Origin: an uncultured Desulfobacterales bacterium
Lineage (GTDB): Bacteria; Myxococcota_A; UBA9160; JAFDET01
Assembly (NCBI GenBank): GCA_964194905.1
Contig: CAXMOD010000073.1
Location: 1 to 47,968 of the forward strand
DNA length: 47,968 nt
Reading direction: 5' to 3'
Below, one piece after another: positions 18,248 through 25,653 of the stretch. The number at the start of each line of letters is the position of its first letter. Position 1 is the first letter of the stretch. Below the pieces are notes generated by a model. That model searched no databases and had not been told where the DNA came from. It was given only the letters and a program-made list of their open reading frames with translations. A program made the position numbers and the translations under genes.

Positions 18248-18948
18248 TGGCCCGCACGATCCCGGAGAACCGCTTCGACGAGCTGGTGGACGCCGCGACC
18301 GAGGTGTTCATCGCGCGGGGCTACCGCCTGACCCAGATGTCCGACATCGCAGACGCGGTGGGCGTGGCCAAGGGCACCCTCTACGGCTACGTCGAGAGCA
18401 AGGAGGCGCTCTTCGCGCTGTGCCTCTTCCACGCCGATCGCAGCGGGGTGATGGAGCGCCCGGCCACGCTTCCGGTGCCTACCCCGAAGCGCGGAGAGCT
18501 CTCCGCACTCGTGAAGCAGACCCTCGCCGACCAGTCGCTGCCGCCGGCACTCTCGGCCGCGCTCGCGCGCGAGCGTGCAGACGACCCGCGCGCCGAGCTC
18601 GAGTCGATCGTGCGCGAGCTCTACGAGCTCTTCGAGCGCTTCCACCGGTCCGTCAAGATGATCGACCGCTGCACGGACCACCCCGAGCTGCAACAGATCT
18701 GGCAGACCCACGGGCGCGAGGCGCCGCGCGCCGCCCTCTACCGGTACCTGGAGATGCGCATGACCGGCGGCCAGCTGCGCCGGGTGGCCAACGTCCGCCT
18801 CGCGGCGCGCATGATCATCGAGGTGGCGTCCACCTGGGCGATCCACATCAAGTGGGACCGCTCGCCCGAGGCGTTCGCCCCGGACGAGGCGCGCGAGAAC
18901 GCGATCGACTTCCTGGTCACCGGACTCGCGCTGCCCCCCGGGTCCTGA
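18247..18948 (+). CDS. TetR/AcrR family transcriptional regulator
   Basis: N-terminal HTH FIARGYRLTQMSDIADAVGVAKGTLYGYVESKEALF. The GTG overlaps the upstream stop by 1 nt (TAGTG). Confidence 0.85.
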   Translation: MARTIPENRFDELVDAATEVFIARGYRLTQMSDIADAVGVAKGTLYGYVESKEALFALCLFHADRSGVMERPATLPVPTPKRGELSALVKQTLADQSLPPALSAALARERADDPRAELESIVRELYELFERFHRSVKMIDRCTDHPELQQIWQTHGREAPRAALYRYLEMRMTGGQLRRVANVRLAARMIIEVASTWAIHIKWDRSPEAFAPDEARENAIDFLVTGLALPPGS

Positions 18949-18963
18949 CGGGGCGGAGTTGAG

Positions 18964-19542
18964 CTAGAGCCGCTCGTTCAGGACCACGTCCACGCCGGAC
19001 GCGCCCGGCTGGGCCGGGGTCGGGGCCGCGCCCTGGATGTCGCCATCGCTCCGGGTGGTGGCGTTGCCGTCGCCGTCGAGGCGCGCGGACACGTGGAGCG
19101 GGCCCGTGAAGGGTCGCGCCTTGATCATGCGGTCGTCGGGCCCCAGCTCGTATTCGAGCGGAAAGCTCGGCGACTCGATGCGCCGCGCAGCCAGGGGAGG
19201 TCCCCCGCCCGGTCCGCGGGCGATGATGAAGAGCACGCCCCCCGGCCCGAACCCGGCGGCGTGCTCGGCCGAAATGCTCACCGTGCCGCGGATCGGCGGC
19301 CCGGAAGGCGCCGCGGCGGCAACCGGCGCCGGTGCTCCGCGCCCGCGGGGCGGCGCGGGCGGCTCGCTCGGCGCCTCGGTCGGCCGCACCGGATCGCTCA
19401 CCTCCGGGGGAAAGATCCGGGAGAGGTCCGGCGTCTCCGGCTTCTCATCGGGATCGAACGGCTCGACGCGCCGATCGCACCCGAGCGAAAGGAGCAGGCC
19501 GACGCAGAGGAGCGCGCAGATGAACGTTCGACGGGGCGGCAC
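18964..19542 (-). CDS. Predicted lipoprotein with a Pro-rich linker and a CcmI-C-terminal-like beta domain
   Basis: GTG start, signal peptide plus lipobox-like LLSLGC, a Pro-rich spacer, then GTVSISAE...VLFIIAR...ARLDGDGNATTRSDGDIQG. Confidence 0.6.
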   Translation of the reverse strand: MPPRRTFICALLCVGLLLSLGCDRRVEPFDPDEKPETPDLSRIFPPEVSDPVRPTEAPSEPPAPPRGRGAPAPVAAAAPSGPPIRGTVSISAEHAAGFGPGGVLFIIARGPGGGPPLAARRIESPSFPLEYELGPDDRMIKARPFTGPLHVSARLDGDGNATTRSDGDIQGAAPTPAQPGASGVDVVLNERL

Positions 19543-19603
19543 GGGCCGGAGGCTAGCGTTTTGCCGGCCCGATCGAGTAGCCTTGTCCTTTGTCCGCCAA
19601 TGA

Positions 19604-19690
19604 GAAGCCTGGGGGTGGCCCGCAACGCGCGGGCCTGAGATCAGACCCTTCGAACCTGAACTCGTTCACGCGAGCGTAGGGAAGGCAGCC
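19604..19690 (+). promoter_or_regulatory. TPP (THI-box) riboswitch
   Basis: GGGGGUGGCCCGC-aacgc-GCGGGCCUGAGAucagACCCUUCGAACCUGAaCUCG-uucacg-CGAGCGUAGGGAAGGC. The CUGAGA, ACCCUU.GAACCUGA and GCGUAGGGA cores are conserved, with P3 (GGCCCGC/GCGGGCC), P5 (CUCG/CGAG) and P1 (GCCU/AGGC). It lies 59 nt upstream of thiC. Confidence 0.9.
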
Positions 19691-19748
19691 GATCCCAAGA
19701 CCCCTCGGCGCTCCCAGACCCGGAGACCCATCCGGAGGAGCCCGAGCC

Positions 19749-21533
19749 ATGTCACAACGTCACGAACATCCGCTTCCGCCTCTTCCCCCGCTGGGGAACA
19801 ACCCGTCCACCCAAGCCGAGGGCACCACGCCCAGCAGCTTCGCGAACCCGCCCCAGCTGGGCGGGCCGCTCTCCTTCTCGTCGCCGGACACGCCCGGCAT
19901 GCCGCCGCCGTCGCCGAAGACCGCCTGGGACTTCCTGCCCGAGGGTTGGGAGCGGGATCCGGCCGGCGGCTTCGCCGTCGCCCCGCAGGGTTTCGTTCCC
20001 GTGACGCAGCTCGAGCACGCGCGCGTCGGAAACGTGACGCACGAGATGCGGCGCGTGGCCGAGCGCGAGCCGCACCTGACACCCGAGCAGGTGCGCGACG
20101 AGGTGGCCGCGGGCCGCATGGTGATTCCCGCCAACAAGGCGCACCTCTCCTACGCCCTCGACCCCATGTGCATCGGCCGTGCCAGCAAGACCAAGATCAA
20201 CGCCAACATGGGCGCGTCGCCCGTTTCGAGCTCCACCGACGAAGAGGTGGAGAAGCTGACCTGGGCCGAGCGCTGGGGCGCCGACACGGTGATGGACCTC
20301 TCCACCGGCGGCGATCTCGACGGCACGCGTGAGGCGATCATCAAGAACTCGACCGTGCCGATCGGCACGGTGCCGATCTACTCGATGATCATCGGGCGGA
20401 AGATCGAGGATCTGACGCGCGAGCTGATCCTCGATCAGATCGAGCACCAGGCCCGCCAGGGTGTGGACTACATGACCGTCCACGCGGGAGTCCTGCGCGC
20501 ACACCTGCCCCACGTGCAGGACCGCCTCATCGGGATCGTGTCCCGGGGCGGCTCGCTCCTGGCCAAGTGGATGATCCACCACGAGCGCGAAAACCCCATG
20601 TACGACGCGTGGGACGACATCTGCGAGGTGCTGCGCCGCTGGGACGTGACCTTCTCCATCGGCGACGGGCTGCGCCCCGGCGGCCTGGCCGACGCCAGCG
20701 ACCGCGCGCAGCTCGCCGAGCTCTCCACGCTCGCCGAGCTGACGGAGCGCGCCTGGCGCCACGGGGTCCAGGTCATGGTGGAGGGTCCGGGCCACGTCCC
20801 GTTCGACCAGATCGAGTACAACATGAAGCTCCAGCGTGCGCTCTGCCACGGCGCGCCGTTCTACGTGCTGGGGCCGCTGGTGACGGACATCTTCCCCGGT
20901 TACGACCACATCACGTCGGGCATTGGCGCCACTGCGGCCGGCTACCACGGAGCCGCGATGCTCTGCTACGTGACGCCCAAGGAGCATCTCGGGCTCCCCA
21001 AGCGGGACGACGTGAAGCAGGGCTGCATCGCCTACAAGATCGCGGCCCATGCCGCGGACGTGGCCCTCGGCATCCCAGGGGCGCGCGACCGCGACGACGA
21101 GCTGACCAAGGCCCGCGCCGCGCTCAACTGGGAGAAGCACTTCGAGCTCTCCTTCGACCCGGACACGGCTCGCGCGTACCACGACGAGGACCTCGACGTG
21201 GACACGGACTTCTGCGCCATGTGCGGGCACGATTGGTGCAGCGTGCGCATCAGCAAGGAGATCATCCAGTTCGTGTCCGGCAAGGACGAGGCCTACGCCT
21301 GGGACAAGCCCCAGGTGACGGCTGCGCTGTCATCGGATCAGCGCGAGATCCTGGAGAAGCGTGGGGTGCTCTCGCCCGGGGAGATCCACCGCCTGGCGAG
21401 CAAGACCCGCAAGGCCATGAGCGCCGTCGAGGGCAAGGCGGCCTGCCACAGCGACCTGACGGACGACGATGACGCTCGCTCGCTCCAGGACGAGCGCATC
21501 AGCGTGGAGGAGTTCGTCCGGAACGGTGCGTAG
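19749..21533 (+). CDS. thiC: Phosphomethylpyrimidine synthase (radical SAM) with N- and C-terminal extensions
   Basis: [42 protein letters not shown] and the C-terminal CxxCxxxxC (CAMCGHDWC). GGAGGAG lies 8 nt upstream of the ATG, and the riboswitch is upstream. Confidence 0.9.
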   Translation: MSQRHEHPLPPLPPLGNNPSTQAEGTTPSSFANPPQLGGPLSFSSPDTPGMPPPSPKTAWDFLPEGWERDPAGGFAVAPQGFVPVTQLEHARVGNVTHEMRRVAEREPHLTPEQVRDEVAAGRMVIPANKAHLSYALDPMCIGRASKTKINANMGASPVSSSTDEEVEKLTWAERWGADTVMDLSTGGDLDGTREAIIKNSTVPIGTVPIYSMIIGRKIEDLTRELILDQIEHQARQGVDYMTVHAGVLRAHLPHVQDRLIGIVSRGGSLLAKWMIHHERENPMYDAWDDICEVLRRWDVTFSIGDGLRPGGLADASDRAQLAELSTLAELTERAWRHGVQVMVEGPGHVPFDQIEYNMKLQRALCHGAPFYVLGPLVTDIFPGYDHITSGIGATAAGYHGAAMLCYVTPKEHLGLPKRDDVKQGCIAYKIAAHAADVALGIPGARDRDDELTKARAALNWEKHFELSFDPDTARAYHDEDLDVDTDFCAMCGHDWCSVRISKEIIQFVSGKDEAYAWDKPQVTAALSSDQREILEKRGVLSPGEIHRLASKTRKAMSAVEGKAACHSDLTDDDDARSLQDERISVEEFVRNGA

Positions 21534-21554
21534 GCGGAGGCGTCGAAGGACATA

Positions 21555-21596
21555 CAGAAAACGCCCCGGGACCCGTGGGCCGCCGGGGCGTTCTGT
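21555..21596 (+). terminator. Stem-loop downstream of thiC (candidate intrinsic terminator)
   Basis: AACGCCCCGG (21560-21569) pairs perfectly with CCGGGGCGTT (21583-21592). The flanking ACAG/CTGT extend the stem. It is followed by TTCTGT rather than a long U-tract. Confidence 0.5.
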
Positions 21597-21695
21597 CCGA
21601 ACCTCACCCCCCCCTGGCTTGGCTCGGAAGCTGCCCATATTGTTCGGTCCGAGGTGCCTCCACTTGAGCACTTTATGCCGCCTGGCTGCCGCTTC

Positions 21696-22733
21696 ATGAG
21701 TGAGCAACTTCGCCTCACCGACTCCAGTCTCCCGGACTTCCTCCGGGCACTGGGATTCGTGGGCCCGGACGAGGCCGTGTCGGTCGAGAAGGCCGGCGAC
21801 GGAAACATCAACTGGGTGCGCCGGGCGCGGCTCGCGGACGGCCGTAGCTGGGTGGTGAAGCAGGCCCGTCCGACGCTCGAGCGCTTCCCCCAGTACCGGG
21901 CGGACCCGCGCCGCATCGTGTTCGAAGCGCGCTATTTCGAGCTCGCCTCGGAGCTGGCCCACGAGCCGGGCCGGGCGGGAATCTGCCCGGAAATCCTCCA
22001 CTTCGATGAACGCGAACGCGTTCTCATACTGGAAGACCTGGGCGATGCAGAGCGCCTCGACCAGCGCCTGGAGCGCGGCTTCGACGCCCGGGCCACAGGG
22101 GAGGCGCTGGCCGCATTCCTCGCCGCGGTGCACGCCGCCACCACCGACCCCGGCCTCGTCGTCCGCTTCGACAACGACGGGATGCGCCGCCTGCACGGCG
22201 ATCACATCTTCGCGCTGCCCTTCGAAGAGAACGACTTCGGGCTGGCAGCCGAAGTGGAAGCCCGCGCCGTGGGGCTGAAAACCCCCGATTTCCGCGTGCT
22301 CGCCCAGGACGCCTACGACCGCTACCTCGAGCCGCGCGGGGCGCTCGTGCACGGCGACGTGCAGGCCGGGAACGTGCTCCTCCCGCCGGGCGGTCCCAAG
22401 CTGCTCGACGCGGAAATCGCCCATGTGGGCGATCCGGCCTTCGACCTGGGCACGCTGGTGGCCCACCTGGCGCTTCCCGCCGTGGCGCGCGGCGCGGTGG
22501 CCGAAGCACTCCCGGCAGTCGAGGCCACGTGGAACGCCTACCTCGCAGAGCGGGGCGCAGCCGCACCGGCTTTCAGCGAGGTGGCACGCTACGCCGGGCT
22601 CGAGGTCCTGCGACGCACCGTGGGTGCAGCACGCGTGGCGGCGATCGAGGCGGTGGAAGCGTCGCTCGCCGCCATCGACTGGGGCGAGCGCCAGGTGCGC
22701 ACGCCGGCGCAGGAGCCGTCCGGACTCGGCTGA
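21696..22733 (+). CDS. Phosphotransferase (APH/ChoK fold), 5-methylthioribose kinase (MtnK)-like
   Basis: GDGNINWV..., VVKQARP, HGDVQAGNVLL and LLDAEIAHVGDPAFDLG resemble MtnK signatures. ATG at 21696. Confidence 0.65.
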   Translation: MSEQLRLTDSSLPDFLRALGFVGPDEAVSVEKAGDGNINWVRRARLADGRSWVVKQARPTLERFPQYRADPRRIVFEARYFELASELAHEPGRAGICPEILHFDERERVLILEDLGDAERLDQRLERGFDARATGEALAAFLAAVHAATTDPGLVVRFDNDGMRRLHGDHIFALPFEENDFGLAAEVEARAVGLKTPDFRVLAQDAYDRYLEPRGALVHGDVQAGNVLLPPGGPKLLDAEIAHVGDPAFDLGTLVAHLALPAVARGAVAEALPAVEATWNAYLAERGAAAPAFSEVARYAGLEVLRRTVGAARVAAIEAVEASLAAIDWGERQVRTPAQEPSGLG

Positions 22734-22735
22734 CT

Positions 22736-23623
22736 CTAGTCGGCGGGGATCGTCTCCGGCTCGGACTCGGGGGCGTCTTCCTCCGCCTGGCCGATGACCT
22801 CGTGGATCCAGCGCAGCCGGGCGTAGTCGAAGCGCCGGTCCGCCAGCACGTTGAACTTCACGACCTCGAAGTAGGGTGACAGGTCGAAGTCGCGCGGGGT
22901 CAGCAGGGTGGGGTGCCGACGCCGGAAGACGCCGCTGTACTGTGCGTGATCTCGGCGGGGGCGGCGGGCGAACGGGCGCCGACGACGGGGCGGAGCCGGC
23001 GCCAGCGCGTCCGGGAACTCCACCTTCGGTTGGATCGGGAAGCCGATCCCATGGAAGAGCCGCGCCAGGTGGCTGGAGCAGATCACGTCGGTGGCGGCGC
23101 CGCTCCCGAGGAAGGCCGCGCGGCGTCGCTGGTGCGCCGGCCGCAGCGCCGGCAGCAGGTAGCGCATCAGGTCGAGCACGTTGCGCACGTCGTAGCGCCA
23201 GCCGAGGCTGTGCAGCGCCTCGTCGAGGATCTTCTTGAGGTCGTGGGGCTTCAGATTGTGGGGCCGGCAGATCCGCAGGTTCAGGTGCATGTACTTCGAG
23301 AGCGGCGACGCCACGACGCCATCCATCAGCGCCTCGACCACCATGTCATGGGCCTCGTCGCCGAAGCAGGCAAGCGTCTCTGCGCGCATGTGCTCATCGC
23401 GCTTCAGCAGCTCATCGCCCACGTAGAGCGCTGCGTGCGACCAGGAACTCTGGGTGAGGTAACGGATGACGGCCGAGATGCGCTGGTCGCCCTCCACCAG
23501 CAGCACGTCGCCCTTGCGGACGTGGCGCTTCAAGGCTTCGGGGTCGTTCCAGCCCCGGCGCTCGTACGTGGCCAGCGGTCGGGTGAGGAACTCGAGGAGT
23601 TTTTGGAAGAGCCAACGCTGCAT
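22736..23623 (-). CDS. YiiX/'lipo-like' family permuted papain-fold (NlpC/P60 superfamily) putative hydrolase
   Basis: MQRWLFQKLLEFLTRPLATYERRGWNDPEALKRHVRKGDVLLVEG...SSWSHAALYVGD...DVICSSHLARLF. ATG at 23623. Family assignment is from memory of similar 'lipo-like' proteins. Confidence 0.55.
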   Translation of the reverse strand: MQRWLFQKLLEFLTRPLATYERRGWNDPEALKRHVRKGDVLLVEGDQRISAVIRYLTQSSWSHAALYVGDELLKRDEHMRAETLACFGDEAHDMVVEALMDGVVASPLSKYMHLNLRICRPHNLKPHDLKKILDEALHSLGWRYDVRNVLDLMRYLLPALRPAHQRRRAAFLGSGAATDVICSSHLARLFHGIGFPIQPKVEFPDALAPAPPRRRRPFARRPRRDHAQYSGVFRRRHPTLLTPRDFDLSPYFEVVKFNVLADRRFDYARLRWIHEVIGQAEEDAPESEPETIPAD

Positions 23624-23889
23624 GCCCGCGTCTCCGGCGTGCCGAATCCCCCTTTCCTTCGGCAGGACGCAGCGAGGGGAGGAGACAACGGCGACCGATT
23701 CCTGTGAGGGCAATCACCCCCGCGCGATCGCTACCAACCGAAAAAACCAGGGAAAAGCGGCGCAATCCGTAGCCCTCGGGTGGGCCGTGATGTATCTTAA
23801 CTCGTCGTTGGGAAAAGCATAGGTTTTTCAGATACTTAGGCGAGGCTTGAGGCATCGGGCCCGCGTCGTACGCCCCTGTCAAGGCAGCC

Positions 23890-24093
23890 ATGAACGTCCG
23901 GATCAAGACCACGCTCGAATTCTCCATCACGGAGGGCGCCCTCGAGGACGCCCTGGCCGAGTACGACGAGATCACGGTCGAGGGGGCCTTGCGCGAGGTC
24001 CTGGACAAGGCCATCGCCGTGGACAATATCGAGGTCAAGGTCGTCGAGGGCCCGAACACCCTCGAGGAATACGACCGGCAGTCCGGCAGCTAG
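23890..24093 (+). CDS. Small acidic hypothetical protein (67 aa)
   Basis: ATG start and strongly G/C-biased third positions. No family recognised. Internal EGALEDAL / EGALREVL repeat. Confidence 0.55.
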   Translation: MNVRIKTTLEFSITEGALEDALAEYDEITVEGALREVLDKAIAVDNIEVKVVEGPNTLEEYDRQSGS

Positions 24094-24112
24094 CCGACCC
24101 GCCACCCCTCCC

Positions 24113-24562
24113 TCATCCAAACAGATCCAACTGAACCATGCCCTGGGGCCGCTCCGGCTCGGGAGCGGTAACGGGCCGCGTGTGCTCCGTGGGCGCGGAG
24201 GCCCGGGCGGGCGCCGGCGCGTACACCGGACCCGGCCGGTAGATCCCCGCGCGACGCGCGTAGTCGAGGATCCGGAAGTAGTACGCCTTGAAGCGCGGTC
24301 CGTGGTCGAAGTGCCGGAGGTGCGCCAGCTCGTGGCAGAGCGTGTTGATCAGGCTCGAGTACTTCAGGGGCCGGCCCGTGCTGGCGTGACGCAGCCGGAT
24401 GCGGATGGTTCCATCCGAGTAGCAGATGCCGTAGCGGCTGGTCGCGTTGGCGCGATCCGCTTCGATGGAGCGGTACTCGAGCTCGAAGCGCTCGGCCAGT
24501 GCGCGGCCGTCGCGGTTGAGCCGGTCCACCAGCTTCTGACGGGTCTTGCGATCCACCCCCAA
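24113..24562 (-). CDS. SprT-like / DUF45 (WLM-type) zinc metalloprotease with a C-terminal QLDLF beta-clamp-binding-like motif
   Basis: RYGICYSDGTIRIRLR...LINTLCHELAHLRHFDHGPRF (HExxH plus a downstream H), then a Pro/Ala-rich tail ending MVQLDLFG*. Start is TTG 24562 or GTG 24556. Confidence 0.7.
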   Translation of the reverse strand: MGVDRKTRQKLVDRLNRDGRALAERFELEYRSIEADRANATSRYGICYSDGTIRIRLRHASTGRPLKYSSLINTLCHELAHLRHFDHGPRFKAYYFRILDYARRAGIYRPGPVYAPAPARASAPTEHTRPVTAPEPERPQGMVQLDLFG

Positions 24563-24608
24563 CGACTGAACGTAGCCCCTCCACCCGCCGAGTAGCTAGG
24601 CTTCCTTC

Positions 24609-25274
24609 ATGGCCGACCTGGATGAGATCCCCATCTTCCCGCTCCCACAGGTGGTGCTCTTCCCTCGGGTAGCCTGCCCTTTGCATATCTTCGAGCCCCG
24701 CTACCGGCAGATGGCCGAGGCTTCGCTTGCGGGAAGCGGGTGCGTCGGGATGGTGACGGTGCCCCCTGAGCACATCGACGATATGGGCGGCGATCCCCCT
24801 GTGTTCGACGTGGGCTGCGAGGGGCGCATCGTCGAATCGCAACGCCTCGAAGACGGCCGCTACAACGTGCTGCTCATGGGTACGCACCGCTTCCGCATCG
24901 AGTCCGAGCCACCGCGCGCGGAGGGGCAGCTCTATCGCGTCGCGCGGGTGGAGCCGCTAGGGGAAATCCTTGACGAACAGGACGTGGAACGCGTCGGCAC
25001 GCTGCGCCAGCGAGCGTTGGATCTGCTCGCAGCCCTGATCGAGCGCGCCAGCGGAGGGAAACAGCGTTTCGACCCGGCTCCGTTCGAGAACGACGACGAC
25101 ATCGCGGCCGTCAACACGCTCTGCCAGATGCTCGACCTCGATCCGCCGGAGAAGCAGGGCCTGCTGGAGGAGTCGCGTGTCGCGGAACGCCTCGACCGAT
25201 TGGTGGGCCTGCTCGAGTTCCGCATGGCGCAGCTCTCCTCCGCCCCGGGTGGGGCCCAGCGCACCGTTCACTGA
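24609..25274 (+). CDS. LON substrate-binding (Lon N-terminal) domain-only protein
   Basis: IPIFPLPQVVLFPRVACPLHIFEPRYRQM...DGRYNVLLMGTHRFRI is the typical Lon-N/PUA-like domain, with no AAA+ or protease domain following. Confidence 0.8.
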   Translation: MADLDEIPIFPLPQVVLFPRVACPLHIFEPRYRQMAEASLAGSGCVGMVTVPPEHIDDMGGDPPVFDVGCEGRIVESQRLEDGRYNVLLMGTHRFRIESEPPRAEGQLYRVARVEPLGEILDEQDVERVGTLRQRALDLLAALIERASGGKQRFDPAPFENDDDIAAVNTLCQMLDLDPPEKQGLLEESRVAERLDRLVGLLEFRMAQLSSAPGGAQRTVH

Positions 25275-25653
25275 TTTTCTCGAAAAACGAAGAAAGAATC
25301 CGAAAAACTCCGGAAAACAAAGATCCATAAATCGGCGCCTCGCGCGCCGGCGTGCTCGCGCGTCTCTCGTGAGTGCGCGAAGCCGCCTCAACCCTTTCGC
25401 CCGAAACCTGCGGAATACCATCGCGATCCGCCTTTGTAACGACGGTTTTCCGTCGGTGTCGTGCATGCAATCGGAACCGTGTTTGCGCGCTGGAGCAGCT
25501 TCCGTCGTCACCAATTCGCCATTGCGATGCACGGCCGGCCCGTGCAGAATCCCCCGGCGAATGCGGCAGAACGGATCAGAACCCCCCGCATTCTCCAAGA
25601 ATCCACTTAGAATCGCCTAAACCAACGAAAGAACCACCCGAACCGCGCCAGAG
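25275..25653. promoter_or_regulatory. dnaA upstream control region / candidate oriC segment
   Basis: AT-enriched 5' part (21 G/C of 60 nt, 25271-25330). AGAATC at 25295, 25546, 25598 and 25609, all on the + strand. GAAAAAC at 25282 and 25302, plus GAAAAC at 25313. Inverted repeat GAATGCGG (25559-25566) / CCGCATTC (25586-25593). TAGAAT at 25608-25613. Confidence 0.35.

Noticed and set aside
25330-25470. Arg-rich minus-strand translation upstream of dnaA (...KPSLQRRIAMVFRRFRAKGLRRLRALTRDARARRRARRR...), vaguely reminiscent of ribosomal protein L34 (rpmH), which often neighbours dnaA
   Set aside because: The conserved HGFR core is missing and the spacing differs. There is no nearby stop: the frame runs on antisense through the Lon-N gene to 24957. 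The basic composition is what GC-rich out-of-frame DNA produces.
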